Assembly (NCBI GenBank): GCA_965225855.1
Contig: CBDDCK010000005.1
Location: 1,152,001 to 1,216,000, forward strand
From: Spirochaetia bacterium
GTDB lineage: Bacteria; Spirochaetota; Spirochaetia; SP-2023
DNA: 64,000 nucleotides
Direction: 5' to 3'
The notes below the pieces were generated by a model, which was not told where the DNA came from, searched no databases, and saw only the letters and a program-made list of their open reading frames with translations. Position 1 is the stretch's first letter, and each line of letters begins with the position of its first letter. The translations under genes and the position numbers were made by a program. Below, piece by piece: positions 32,201 to 42,359 of this stretch.

Positions 32201-32504
32201 GTCGAGCATGTTTGCGTTTGCCAAGGCCTTTAACCAGCCGATTGGGCAATGGGACACCTCCAGCGTTACCACTATGGGGGGCATGATGGGGGGCATGTTT
32301 GCGTTTGCCTGGGCCTTTAACCAGCCGATTGGTGGTTGGGATACCTCCAGCGTTACCGATATGTCGAGCATGTTTCAGGTTGCCAAGGCCTTTAACCGTG
32401 ACCTAAGTGGCTGGGATACGTCCAGTGTTACAGAGAGTGATTATATGTTTGATAGTTCTCCACTGGGATACCAGCGCAGTAAGTGGCCTAGGGGTTTACG
32501 CTAG
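29250..32504 (+). CDS. BspA-family/DUF285 repeat surface lipoprotein 1 (three repeat modules)
   Basis: TAAGGAG RBS before ATG 29250, lipobox LAAC, many 25-aa FNQPIGxWDTSxVTxMxxMFxxAxA repeats. Confidence 0.9.
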   Translation: MRVYNFLPPKITATILCGLLLGFVLAACNAVAQARPQHCEAVTYTAKPQTKGKLKALIREAINKDGPTASLNHIDTSAISDMSRLFYESNFNGDIRCWNTSSVTNMQGMFSFAEAFNRDIGAWDTSKVGNMANMFAGAASFNHDISAWDTSSLDRGNSMFTKSPLQYQPELWPKKTSGVWQPRRDLEAAIAKAIAKDGLNANLNHIDTSAITDMSYLFSSSEFNGDISQWDTSSVTNMSSMFEGAEDFNQTIGNWDTSRVTTMQGMFEGAEAFNQSIGNWDTSSVTTMKSMFEGAEDFNQTIGNWDTSSVTNMSSMFEGAEDFNQTIGNWDTSSVTNMSSMFEGAEDFNQTIGNWDTSRVTTMQGMFEGAEAFNQSIGNWDTSSVTTMKSMFEGAEDFNQTIGNWDTSSVTNMSSMFEGAWAFNQPIGDWDTSSVTNMAGMFYSANYGPTAFYGPTAFNQPIGNWDTSSVTTMKSMFEGAEAFNQPIGDWDTSSVTTMKSMFEGAEAFNQPIGDWDTSRVTNMSSMFSSARAFNQPIGDWDTSNVTDMWGMFAGADAFNQPIGDWDTSRVTNMEGMFRYADAFNQTIGNWDTSSVTDMRSMFEDAVAFNQPIGDWDTSSITDMSSMFYNAKAFNQELSSWDTSSLDRGNSMFTKSPLQYQPELWPKKTSGVWQPRRDLEAAIAKAIAKDGLNANLNHIDTSAITDMSYLFSSSEFNGDISQWDTSSVTNMEGMFDSADAFNQPIGNWDTSSVTNMEGMFRYADAFNQTIGQWDTSSVTNMEGMFYNADAFNQPIGDWDTSSVTDMKGMFAGADAFNQPIGAWDTSRVTDMKGMFAGTDAFNQPIGAWDTSRVTDMKGMFAGADAFNQPIGAWDTSRVTDMRSMFDSADAFNQPIGDWDTSSVTTMSSMFAFAKAFNQPIGNWDTSSVTNMSSMFAGEYNKPTAFNQPIGAWDTSSVTTMRSMFFSAEAFNQPIGDWDTSRVTDMSSMFAFAKAFNQPIGQWDTSSVTTMGGMMGGMFAFAWAFNQPIGGWDTSSVTDMSSMFQVAKAFNRDLSGWDTSSVTESDYMFDSSPLGYQRSKWPRGLR

Positions 32505-32629
32505 GATATGCAATAGTAGCTATGTAGCTAGCAAGCGGGCGGTAGCCGGCTGGCTAGCTTTGGTGCCAAGTTGCCAAATGTCTGGACGGCCAATTTGCCA
32601 ACAGTTTACCTTTAGTTTACCTTGTAATT

Positions 32630-32859
32630 GCTATAATATATCTTTCCGCATTCGATCAAGGCCTTGATCGGCCTTGCTGTAATATAACTTTCCGCACTCG
32701 ATCAAGGTCTTGATCGGCCTTGCTATAATACCACTTTCCGCACTCGATCAAGGCCTTGATCGGCCTTGCTGTAATATAACTTTCCGCACTCGATCAAGGT
32801 CTTGATCGGCCTTGCTATAATATATCTTTCCGCACTCGATCAAGGTCTTGATCGGCCTT
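32630..32859. repeat. 5 x 46-bp tandem repeat with 18-bp palindrome CGATCAAGGCCTTGATCG
   Basis: Units start at 32630, 32676, 32722, 32768 and 32814. No unique spacers. Confidence 0.92.
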
Positions 32860-32885
32860 GATATAATGGGTGGTTACCAAGCCCG

Positions 32886-33308
32886 CTAACTTTTGCAAAT
32901 ACTTTCTGTGGCAAACTGCTTGTGCAGCTTGGCAACATAATCGGCTTGACTGGTACTACGCGAAGCGAGCATGGCAATTTTGCGCCGTTGTGATGCAGCA
33001 GCTGCGGGCTTTATGGCCGGAACAGTCCCTATAAATTGTTTTTGCGGAAAGCGATAACGAAGTTCATCTAAAGCCAATACAGTTGCGGTGTTGCACAGCA
33101 ATAATACCAGCCGGCAAGGGTAGCAGGATAAAGCCAAAGCAATTACTTGGCAAATGCGTTCTCGCAGTTGGCTTTGCGGTTGTTCACCAAAAGGGAAATA
33201 AGCATTGTCGGCTAGGTAAATCCAGCGCATGGGCAGTTGGCGTAAATGGTGTAAATAGGCCAAGCCACCTATACCAGAGTCAAAGCAAAGAACAGTTTCC
33301 ATTTCCAA
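32886..33308 (-). pseudogene. murI: 3'-truncated duplicate of murI
   Basis: 32905-33447 duplicates 28710-29252 (offset 4195). Lacks the GCTHF half. Confidence 0.9.
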
Positions 33309-33444
33309 GTATTATGCAGATAGCTTGCCAGTTGTCAACCCTAAAAGGGTAGGCCAAAAAACTACACAAAAAGGCTGAAGCCCGTTTGACAATATGGGCT
33401 TTATGCCATATGGTAGCCAAACCTTAACTTATAAGGAGTATCAT

Positions 33445-35508
33445 ATGAAACCATATAACCATAGACGCCACCCACTTAGTGGGCTACTAAATGGGCCAGT
33501 AGCTGGCTGCATAGCGGTTTTTAGCTTATATGGGGCCATAGCCCTGCTAGCTGCCTGCAATACTTTGGCCCAGTCAAGGCCACAGAATTGTGAAGCCGTT
33601 AAGTACACCGCCAAGCCCCAAACGAAGGCCGAGCTGAAGGCCTTAATTAAAGCGGCCATCAAAAAAGACGGCCACACCACCAACCTAAACTATATCGACA
33701 CCTCGGCCATTAGCGATATGGCCTACCTATTTTCTGGTAAGACAGAGTTCAATGGCGATATTCGCTGTTGGGACACGTCCAGCGTTACCACTATGCGCAG
33801 TATGTTTTATGATGCCCGTGCCTTTAACCGTGATATTGGGGCGTGGGACACCTCTAAGGTTGGCAACATGGCAAATATGTTTGCCGGGGCTGCCAGCTTT
33901 AACCACGATATAAGTGCGTGGGATACCTCGGCCGTTGGCGATATGCAGGGAATATTTGATGGTTCACCACTGGCTAAGCAGCCTAAGCTGTTGACATTGC
34001 TTTCTTGCAAGATGACACCTACGGCTAAGCCGCAAACGAAGGCCGAGCTGCAGGCCTTAATCCAAGCGGCTATGGAAAAAGATGGCCTCACCGCCAGCCT
34101 AAACCATATCGACACTTCCGCCATTAGCGATATGTCCAGACTATTCTATGAGAGCGACTTTAATGGCGATATTCGCTGTTGGAACACCTCCAGCGTTACC
34201 ACTATGTCTGAAATGTTCCGTAAGGCCGAGGCCTTTAACCAGCCAATTGGCGACTGGGACACCTCCAGCGTTACCACTATGTCTGAAATGTTCCGTAAGG
34301 CCGAGGCCTTTAACCAGCCAATTGGCGACTGGGATACCTCTAGCGTTACCAATATGCAAAAGATATTCTCTTATGCCCGTGCCTTTAACCAGCCGATTGG
34401 CAACTGGGACACCTCCAGCGTTACCACTATGTCTGAAATGTTCCGTAAGGCCGAGGCCTTTAACCAGCCAATTGGCGACTGGGATACCTCTAGCGTTACC
34501 AATATGCAAAAGATATTCTCTTATGCCCGTGCCTTTAACCAGCCGATTGGTGGTTGGGACACCTCCAGCGTTACCACTATGTCTGAAATGTTCCGTAAGG
34601 CCGAGGCCTTTAACCAGCCGATTGGCAACTGGGACACCTCCAGCGTTACCTATATGTGGGGCATGTTTTATAGTGCCGATGCCTTTAACCAGCCGATTGG
34701 TGGTTGGGACACCTCTAGCGTTACCGATATGGAAGGCATGTTCTATAATGCCCGTGCCTTTAACCAGCCGATTGGGGCTTGGGACACCTCCAGCGTTACC
34801 TATATGTGGTGGATGTTTGCGGGTGCCGTGGCCTTTAACCAGCCGATTGGCAACTGGGACACCTCCAGCGTTACCGATATGCGCAGCATGTTTGAGGATG
34901 CCGTGGCCTTTAACCAGCCGATTGGGGATTGGGATACCTCTAGCGTTACCAATATGAGCAGCATGTTTGCGGGTGCATATGATAAACCTACAGCCTTTAA
35001 CCAGCCGATTGGGGACTGGGATACCTCCAGCGTTACCGATATGCGCAGCATGTTTGAGGATGCCGTGGCCTTTAACCAGCCGATTGGGGACTGGGATACC
35101 TCCAGCGTTACCAATATGAGCAGCATGTTTGCGGGTGCATATGATAAACCTACAGCCTTTAACCAGCCGATTGGGGACTGGGATACCTCCAGCGTTACCA
35201 CTATGCGCAGCATGTTTTGGTTTGCCGAGGCCTTTAACCAGCCGATTGGGGCTTGGGACACCTCCAGCGTTACCACTATGCGCAGCATGTTTTATAGTGC
35301 TGCTGCCTTTAACCAGCCGATTTGGGCTTGGGACACCTCCAGCGTTACCACTATGGGGGGCATGTTTGAGGGTGCCGTGGCCTTTAACCGTGACCTAAGT
35401 GGCTGGGATACGTCCAGTGTTACAGAGAGTGATTATATGTTTGATAGTTCTCCACTGGGATACCAGCGCAGTAAGTGGCCTAGGCGTTTACGCTGGGGTT
35501 TACGCTAG
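33445..35508 (+). CDS. BspA-family/DUF285 repeat surface lipoprotein 2 (two repeat modules)
   Basis: TAAGGAG RBS before ATG 33445, lipobox LAAC, 25-aa repeats, C-cap nearly identical to gene 1. Confidence 0.9.
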   Translation: MKPYNHRRHPLSGLLNGPVAGCIAVFSLYGAIALLAACNTLAQSRPQNCEAVKYTAKPQTKAELKALIKAAIKKDGHTTNLNYIDTSAISDMAYLFSGKTEFNGDIRCWDTSSVTTMRSMFYDARAFNRDIGAWDTSKVGNMANMFAGAASFNHDISAWDTSAVGDMQGIFDGSPLAKQPKLLTLLSCKMTPTAKPQTKAELQALIQAAMEKDGLTASLNHIDTSAISDMSRLFYESDFNGDIRCWNTSSVTTMSEMFRKAEAFNQPIGDWDTSSVTTMSEMFRKAEAFNQPIGDWDTSSVTNMQKIFSYARAFNQPIGNWDTSSVTTMSEMFRKAEAFNQPIGDWDTSSVTNMQKIFSYARAFNQPIGGWDTSSVTTMSEMFRKAEAFNQPIGNWDTSSVTYMWGMFYSADAFNQPIGGWDTSSVTDMEGMFYNARAFNQPIGAWDTSSVTYMWWMFAGAVAFNQPIGNWDTSSVTDMRSMFEDAVAFNQPIGDWDTSSVTNMSSMFAGAYDKPTAFNQPIGDWDTSSVTDMRSMFEDAVAFNQPIGDWDTSSVTNMSSMFAGAYDKPTAFNQPIGDWDTSSVTTMRSMFWFAEAFNQPIGAWDTSSVTTMRSMFYSAAAFNQPIWAWDTSSVTTMGGMFEGAVAFNRDLSGWDTSSVTESDYMFDSSPLGYQRSKWPRRLRWGLR

Positions 35509-35633
35509 GATATGCAATAGTAGCTATGTAGCTAGCAAGCGGGCGGTAGCCGGCTGGCTCGCTTTGGTGCCAAGTTGCCAAATGTCTGGACGGCCAATTT
35601 GCCAACAGTTTACCTTTAGTTTACCTTGTAATT

Positions 35634-35846
35634 GCTGTAATATAACTTTCCGCATTCGATCAAGGCCTTGATCGGCCTTGCTATAATATATCTTTCCGCA
35701 CTTGATCAAGGCCTTGATCGGCCTTGCTATAATATAACTTTCCGCACTTGATCAAGGCCTTGATCGGCCTTGCTATAATATATCTTTCCGCATTGGATCA
35801 AGGCCTTGATCGGCCTTGCTATAATATATCTTTCCGCATTCGATCG
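35634..35846. repeat. 4 full + 1 partial 46-bp palindromic repeats
   Basis: Units start at 35634, 35680, 35726, 35772 and 35818 (partial). Same consensus as the 32630 array. Confidence 0.92.
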
Positions 35847-35861
35847 TAGCCAAATTTATAG

Positions 35862-38144
35862 CTAAATCCCTATACCAATAAAATCTAGTTTAGACTGCTG
35901 AAACTCTAATTGCAGGCGGATTAAACGCCCATCGTCGAGTTTTATCATTAGCGTAGTTATATTAGCAGAGCACTTGCGTTGCACCACATACCCCAAGCCA
36001 TAGTCTAAATGCTCAACGCGAGCTCCAACCACAAATGGGTCATCTGCTTGCTTGTGTTGGATAGCTTGGGTTTTCTGTTGTTGGCGCTGTAGTTCTGCTG
36101 CCGAAAATTGTTTGCAACCCGCTAAATTCGGATTGCCAACGCTCTCTTGTTTTTGCGCTTGTTTTTGAATTTGGCTAAGGCTGCAATCCTCATAAAAGGC
36201 CTGATCTATTTCACGTAGCAAAGGCGAAGGTTCATAACTTTTACTGTTGCCATATAGTATGCGCAAACCCACAGCACTAAGGTATAATTCACTTTCGGCA
36301 CGGGTTATGGCAACATAGAATAAACGCCGTTCTTCTTCCATTTTCTGCGGGTCATCGAGTGCCTCAAGCTTGGGGAATATACCCAGCTCTAAGCCAGTAA
36401 CAAAAACCCGCTCAAACTCCAATCCTTTGGTATTGTGCATGGTAATTAAAATTGTTTGCTCTTCTTTGGTCTGCTCACTCTCGAGCTCTTCGGTTTCTAG
36501 TTCAATGCTTTCTAAGAAAGCAATTAAAGCTTGGCGGCCCCTACCATAGTGGCGCGCCTCTTCCAGCAGGCTATCAAAATTGCCACAACGCTCACTTAAT
36601 TCTTGCTCCTCTCGTTCGGTGTAATACGCCAACAAACCGCTGCGCTGTAGCACCTCCTGAATTAGCTCTAACAACAAAATACCTGTATCATGTTCATCTA
36701 GCAGCTTTTCAAGTTCCCCATAGGTTTGGAGAAATTGCTCCAAAGCATTGAGGCTGCGTTTGGCTAGGGCCTTGTGTTCCAACACTTGCTCCATTGCTTG
36801 GATAACGGTGGCCTCTCTATTTTCCGAAGCCGCATGTTCTATATTCGTTTGGATACTCTGCCAAACACGTGGCCCTAGGCCACGCTTAGGTTTGTTGTAG
36901 ATACGTTCTAGTGCTACTACATCACGCGGATTGGCCAAGCATTTTAAATAGGCTACAATATCTTTAACTTCTTCGCGGCGATAAAAGCTCAAGTTACCCA
37001 CCAATTTATAGGGAATATTCCATTGACGCAAAACCCGTTCAAAGGTACGCGACTGGGCATTGGTACGGTATAAAATAGCCGTATGCTGGGGCTTCTGCCG
37101 AATGCGTTGGGCAATGAATACGGCTTCGTCCTCGCAACTTGCAAATAAATGAAACTGTGGCAAACTGCCTCCGCTTTTGGTGGGACGCAATATTTTCCCC
37201 AAGCGTTTATGATTGTGCTGAATTACTTGGTTGGCCAATTCCAAAATAGGGGCACAAGAACGGTAGTTCTGTTCTAGTTTCAATATCTTAGCAGGCGCAA
37301 AATTCTTATGGAACTCTAAGATATGGCTCACCTGTGCACCACGAAAGCCATAGATAGATTGGTCTTCATCACCGACAATACAAAGTTCTTGGCCTTTTCG
37401 CCCCAGCAACAAGTGCAACAAGCGGTCTTGCAAAGGGTTGGAATCCTGATATTCATCTACTAAAATTCGGCAAAACCGTTGTTGCACTTGCGATTGCGCT
37501 TGCGCTTGTAGATGGGAATCTTGCTCAAGTAGTTGCACCGAAAGACCTAGCAAGTCGGCAAAATCGGCATTGCCAATCCGCTGTAAAGCCTGTTGGTACA
37601 AACAAAATGCTTCATAAAAGTCCGGTTCGCTACTAAAGCGTTCTAACTGTTCTTTTAAATCCTCTGAATCCTTTTGATAATAGCCCAAACCACAATCCTT
37701 AGCTTTGGCTATTAGCCGCTGCAGTTGCTTGGCTCTATTTCTACAACTAGGCCAAGCTTGTTTTAAAAGAGCTTGGGAGTCATCATCATCATAAATGGTA
37801 AAATTTGGCACCAGTCCGGCAGCTTGAGCATTGCGCCGCAGTAACCAGGCACCAAAAGCATGGAATGTACGGATTAACACTTGCTGGCTTTGTTCGGCAC
37901 TTAAACCATCGGTGATGAAACCAGCAGCTAAGCGTTCACGCATTTCGCGCACAGCGCGGTTGGTAAACGTTACTGCTAAAATCTTATATGGTGGAATATT
38001 TTGTTCTAAAATATGGTGGATTATACGGGCAATTACCACACGTGTTTTGCCCGAACCAGCCCCAGCATGCACCAGTAGATTAGAGCCATGATGATAAACA
38101 CACGCAAGCTGTTCTTGGTTTAAGTTGTCTAAATAAGATTTCAT
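35862..38144 (-). CDS. uvrD: UvrD/PcrA superfamily 1 DNA helicase
   Basis: AGAGSGKT, VTFTNRA, VDEYQD, VGDEDQSIYGFRGA, LEQNYRS, KGLEF, EERRLFYVAITRA. Confidence 0.95.
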   Translation of the reverse strand: MKSYLDNLNQEQLACVYHHGSNLLVHAGAGSGKTRVVIARIIHHILEQNIPPYKILAVTFTNRAVREMRERLAAGFITDGLSAEQSQQVLIRTFHAFGAWLLRRNAQAAGLVPNFTIYDDDDSQALLKQAWPSCRNRAKQLQRLIAKAKDCGLGYYQKDSEDLKEQLERFSSEPDFYEAFCLYQQALQRIGNADFADLLGLSVQLLEQDSHLQAQAQSQVQQRFCRILVDEYQDSNPLQDRLLHLLLGRKGQELCIVGDEDQSIYGFRGAQVSHILEFHKNFAPAKILKLEQNYRSCAPILELANQVIQHNHKRLGKILRPTKSGGSLPQFHLFASCEDEAVFIAQRIRQKPQHTAILYRTNAQSRTFERVLRQWNIPYKLVGNLSFYRREEVKDIVAYLKCLANPRDVVALERIYNKPKRGLGPRVWQSIQTNIEHAASENREATVIQAMEQVLEHKALAKRSLNALEQFLQTYGELEKLLDEHDTGILLLELIQEVLQRSGLLAYYTEREEQELSERCGNFDSLLEEARHYGRGRQALIAFLESIELETEELESEQTKEEQTILITMHNTKGLEFERVFVTGLELGIFPKLEALDDPQKMEEERRLFYVAITRAESELYLSAVGLRILYGNSKSYEPSPLLREIDQAFYEDCSLSQIQKQAQKQESVGNPNLAGCKQFSAAELQRQQQKTQAIQHKQADDPFVVGARVEHLDYGLGYVVQRKCSANITTLMIKLDDGRLIRLQLEFQQSKLDFIGIGI

Positions 38145-38497
38145 TGGCCAAAACTATAGCGGATATATAGTAGTTTGTCTCCCAGTATTTTACAGAACTA
38201 TCGTAACCATGAAATACTTAATTCTAAATTGATTTATGTTTTTGATTCAAAATACTTATAATGTTTATTCTGTCTACTAAAATTCTCGGCCCTCTGGTAA
38301 AAATCTTTTGCTGCTTATATTATCGGCTTCTGTAGCTGTAGCTAAAGTTTTAGCTTCTTTGGTCGATATACAAACCAAGCAATACCTTCGTCAAGGCATG
38401 CTTTTTTTGTGTTGGGGGGAGGCTCTAAAGGCTTGGGCCTCCCTTTTTCTTTTATTCCATAAATGAAAATTTTTACTTTTTTACTTTTGCTAAATTT

Positions 38498-38776
38498 ATG
38501 GCTACCAAGCCCAACCATGGCTTATCGGCTTTAAATGGCTTGGGCTCGGCTTCAAAAGACTTATACTCGGTTTATATAGACTTAGACTCGGTTGTTTATA
38601 GAGACTTAACCAAGGCTGAAACAATCTTAAAATCGGTTTATAGAGACTTTAAATCGGCTTCGCAAAACTTATACTTAGACTCGGTTCATAAAAAAACCTT
38701 AGAATCTATTCCTAAAGACTTAGATCGGGTTTATACAGACTTAAACTCGGTTTCAAAAAAATTATTTAGACGATAG
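38498..38776 (+). other. Degenerate ~21-bp repeat region / possible 92-aa heptad-repeat ORF
   Basis: Recurring GACTTA(G/T/A)ACTCGGTT motif, translating as DLxSVYx repeats. Confidence 0.4.
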
Positions 38777-39021
38777 GCTATATATGGCAACCGATGGGCA
38801 ACACAAGGCCAATGCCAAGGCCCAACATATGGGAATTGATTGAGTACCAATGCCAAGGCCAAGCAAAAGGCCCAATATCCTTATTCTTGGTTACCCAACC
38901 AATGTATTGTTTCAGTCGGTTCAGATGGTTCAGTCGGTCTATAGGTTACTTAGTCGGTTTAGATGGTCTATCTGTCTACTAACTTTTTATGTTCGATGTT
39001 ACCCGATTACTCAAAACAAAT

Positions 39022-40689
39022 CTAAATATTATGAAAATTGGTTAATAGTTCCCCCAGTAAATAAAACGAACCGCAAATTACCATTAAATCTGGAGTGCCT
39101 TGCAATAAAGTTTGTAGGGCTTTCACCGGATTTTCCACGCTGGGCAGTAGGCGCGTATCTTGCGATTCTGCCAAGGCTCCACAAAAAGCTTGTTCTAGCT
39201 TCTCTAAATTATTTTCTTTAAAAGTGCCTGCACGGGTCAGCAAAATCTCATCGAAGTTAGGCGCCAAAATCGTTGCCATTTCGGCAAAATCCTTCCCTTG
39301 CACTGCTGCAAACAATAAGCTTAATTTTTTATCTTCATTAAGACAGTCGAGATAAGAAAACATATCATTTAGCAACCGTTGGCAAGAAACCGGAGTATGG
39401 GCCCCATCAAACAACAGCAAGCAACCATTCAGCCAATAAAGTGCAAAACGGCCTGGTAGCCGGCTATACTGTAGGCCTTCCAGAGCAGTTTCCCAGATTT
39501 TTTCACCAGCAGGCAAATAATTATGTTGCTCTAACACTTGTAAAGACAACAAAGCCAAAGCGATATTGTCTACTTGCGTACTGCTATAAGATGCCAATTC
39601 TAATGCGCTATGGCGAATAAAACCATCTAGCGCCATACTAAAATATAATTTATAAGGTTGTAGAAAAGTTTGTAAAATGGGTATATCCAATTCTTCTTCC
39701 AAGTGAATTGCATGCAATTTCTCGGTGTGAAAATTTTTAAAACAATTTTGTAACAAATACAAAGCACTTTTTTGGGAGTTGCTGTGCTTTTGCAACACAG
39801 CCTCAACTTCCGGAGATTGATGCGCTGAAACACAGGGCCGGCCAACTTTGATAATACCCGCCTTTTCTGCTGCAATCAGTTCTAAGCGGTCTCCCAATAT
39901 ATCGGTATGTTCTAGCTCTATGGCAGTGATAACAGAAAGTTCTGGAATCACTGCATTGGTTGGACACAACCGGCCACCGATGCCCGTTTCCAGTACAATC
40001 CAATCACAACCTGCTGCAGCAAAACTGCGGAAAGCCAGTAACGTCAATACCGCAAAAAAATTCAGTTGACACCAAGGCTCTCCTTGTTCTTTAGATTCGA
40101 CAGCATTGGAATCATTTTTAAAACAACCTTCAGAATCATCCCAATCATAAGCCCAGCAAAACTGTTTGAACTCATCGCGCAGTAAACCGCCTTGTTGTTG
40201 CAAAATTCCACTGATGTCAATGGATTCAATTTGCCATCGTCCTTTGGGAGCTTTGGAATCTAGTTGCCCTTGCTGTAAAGGCAATTCATGAAGAGCTCGA
40301 ATTTGCTTGCTTGAGGCTATATTTTTATTTACAAAAATATTATTTTCCCATTTAGACTGCAAAACTTGAATCCGCTCGTTATACGAATAAATATGGGGTG
40401 AACTAAACAAACCGACTTTCAGGCCCAACGCCGCCAAACTATGGGCAATGTAGCTGGCCGTTTGGCCTTTGCCTTTTGAACCCGCAATGTGAATAGTGCG
40501 GAATTTCTGCTGCGGTGACCCCAATTGAAAACACAATTTGCGAAATTGCACCGCACGCAATTCGGCTCTATCTTGTATGCGTTTATTTTTAGATACTTTG
40601 GAAATATAAGATTCTATCCAAGCCCAGAGCTCTTCGCAACTATTCATATTTTGCTCAAGTTCAATAAGTGTTGCGATCCATTGATTCAA
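39022..40689 (-). CDS. folC: Folylpolyglutamate synthase/dihydrofolate synthase
   Basis: IHIAGSKGKG, FSSPH, ETGIGGRL, EHTDILG..IAAEKAGIIK, DGAHT, CGSFYLLGE. Confidence 0.93.
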   Translation of the reverse strand: MNQWIATLIELEQNMNSCEELWAWIESYISKVSKNKRIQDRAELRAVQFRKLCFQLGSPQQKFRTIHIAGSKGKGQTASYIAHSLAALGLKVGLFSSPHIYSYNERIQVLQSKWENNIFVNKNIASSKQIRALHELPLQQGQLDSKAPKGRWQIESIDISGILQQQGGLLRDEFKQFCWAYDWDDSEGCFKNDSNAVESKEQGEPWCQLNFFAVLTLLAFRSFAAAGCDWIVLETGIGGRLCPTNAVIPELSVITAIELEHTDILGDRLELIAAEKAGIIKVGRPCVSAHQSPEVEAVLQKHSNSQKSALYLLQNCFKNFHTEKLHAIHLEEELDIPILQTFLQPYKLYFSMALDGFIRHSALELASYSSTQVDNIALALLSLQVLEQHNYLPAGEKIWETALEGLQYSRLPGRFALYWLNGCLLLFDGAHTPVSCQRLLNDMFSYLDCLNEDKKLSLLFAAVQGKDFAEMATILAPNFDEILLTRAGTFKENNLEKLEQAFCGALAESQDTRLLPSVENPVKALQTLLQGTPDLMVICGSFYLLGELLTNFHNI

Positions 40690-41341
40690 ATTTAGAGCGC
40701 ACTTGTTGCAAGCGCTCTAAATCGCGCTGAATAATCGCTTGGTAGTCAATCGTTTGATCATTGATATTGGCTAATTCTGTTTGCCAGCTAGCCAAACGCT
40801 CTAGCTGCAACCATTTGTATTCCGGCTTGCTTGCTTCTATAGCCCAACGCAACACTTCTGACCAAAACTTCAAAGCCATTTTATAATAAGACTCTGCTTT
40901 GTCTAAAGAATCCAAATTACTACGCCGCCACGGTGCGTTGTAAAAATAGGCATTGTATTTGTCAAAGCGGTCAGCTAAATTCATGTGCTCTTTAACTAAC
41001 ATCAAATTGACATGCATTGTGAACAGTGCCTGATAATATTTCCATTCTTTCTTATCGTTAATTTTAGCCAACGCATTTAATGGATTGACAAACGGCGAAG
41101 AACGGGCTGCCAAAAGATAATTGATGTTACTCATAATATCTTCTGGATAATAATATAAATTTCTACGATATAGCTTGTAATATTGTTCAGCATACGCATA
41201 ACGGTATGCCGAAAGTATATTTAAAGAAAACAAACCCATTATCAAACATAAAAATATGTACTTATAATAGTGAAGATACTGTTGTGGCAATTTTCTGTTA
41301 TCCATATCATTCCTTTCGGCTAGAATCAATGACTTCTTCAC
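40661..41341 (-). CDS. Conserved hypothetical exported protein
   Basis: 226-aa ORF with a hydrophobic leader, overlapping the folC start. Confidence 0.75.
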   Translation of the reverse strand: MKKSLILAERNDMDNRKLPQQYLHYYKYIFLCLIMGLFSLNILSAYRYAYAEQYYKLYRRNLYYYPEDIMSNINYLLAARSSPFVNPLNALAKINDKKEWKYYQALFTMHVNLMLVKEHMNLADRFDKYNAYFYNAPWRRSNLDSLDKAESYYKMALKFWSEVLRWAIEASKPEYKWLQLERLASWQTELANINDQTIDYQAIIQRDLERLQQVRSKFESMDRNTY

Positions 41342-41564
41342 ACGTCATTAATTTTTCATTGTTCTCTTTTTCGACAAAATTTTTGAACAATCCTTACATA
41401 TAGTAAAACGCTAGATTTTATCGCAGAACAATTTTACACTACTAAATTTTTTAAAAGAAATAAAATAATGATCTTGAAGCTTTTGAGAATATCGAAAATG
41501 TTGGTTTCTTGAAGTAATTTTATCATTGTATTCTTGCTTAACAATTATATTCATTCAAAGGCCT

Positions 41565-42338
41565 TTATTTTTGTGATAGCCTCTGCACAGAACCATCTTC
41601 AGCAATATGGATTCCACATTCTTTCTGTTCTGGTGTTTCCCACCACCAGCGGCCTGCTCTCTCGTCCTCACCTACAGCAATCGCACGAGTACAGGGAGCG
41701 CAACCTATAGATGGATAGCCTTTATCATGCAAAACATTGTATGGTATTTGATTTTTGCGAATGTAATACCAAACATCTTCGGTTTGCCAATTTGCCAAGG
41801 GGTTTAATTTGATTAAGCCAAACTGCTCATCCCATTCCACGCGGCTCAATTCATTGCGTGTAATACTTTGGCTGCGCCGTTGGCCCGTAAGCCAAGCCGC
41901 TCGTGTTTGATACTTGTTGCAATGTTGTAGCAAACGGCGGCGCAATGGTTCCACCTTGCGGAATTTGCAACACAACTTACGCTGCATTTGTCCTTGATAA
42001 AAAAAGTTTGGCCCCCCCTGACGCAGTAATCGCTGCAAATCTTCTACCAACGGAAAGACTAATTCTATTCGTATACCATAGTGCGTTTCTGTTTTTTCAA
42101 TGCAATCGTAGGTTTCTTGAGGCAAACGGCCTGTATCCAAAGAAAACATACTGGGTTGGCAAGCTTCTTGCCCATGAGTCTGATAGTTTTGCCACAACAG
42201 ATCCCACAGCACTTGATCTTCCACACTGATACTACTAGCTAATAATAAATTCCATTTTTGGCAGGCCCAGTAAATAAATTCTTTTGTATTGAAACTTTGA
42301 CTTTGTTGTTGTAAATCTTGCAGTTCTGCTAGTTCCAT
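41565..42338 (-). CDS. cysH: APS/PAPS reductase (Fe-S, APS-reductase type)
   Basis: LDTGRLPQETY, CC..RKVEPL, TGQRRSQS, GYPSIGCAPCT, RAGRWWWE..KECGIH. Confidence 0.93.
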   Translation of the reverse strand: MELAELQDLQQQSQSFNTKEFIYWACQKWNLLLASSISVEDQVLWDLLWQNYQTHGQEACQPSMFSLDTGRLPQETYDCIEKTETHYGIRIELVFPLVEDLQRLLRQGGPNFFYQGQMQRKLCCKFRKVEPLRRRLLQHCNKYQTRAAWLTGQRRSQSITRNELSRVEWDEQFGLIKLNPLANWQTEDVWYYIRKNQIPYNVLHDKGYPSIGCAPCTRAIAVGEDERAGRWWWETPEQKECGIHIAEDGSVQRLSQK

Positions 42339-42359
42339 ACCTAATTTCTCAATAATTTT

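Noticed and set aside
29900..35400. DGR-type adenine mutagenesis of BspA repeats (AAT/ACT/GAT/TAT slot)
   Set aside because: Other differences involve non-A positions (tcc/tct, gac/gat, ggc/ggg/ggt), and no RT or template repeat is visible.
29234..35709. Many antisense and alternate-frame ORFs over the BspA genes
   Set aside because: They are shadows of the 75-bp repeat, which lacks stops in other frames. No independent RBS or motifs.
32630..35846. 46-bp arrays as CRISPR arrays
   Set aside because: Units abut with only a few variable bases, there are no unique spacers, and no cas genes are in the window.
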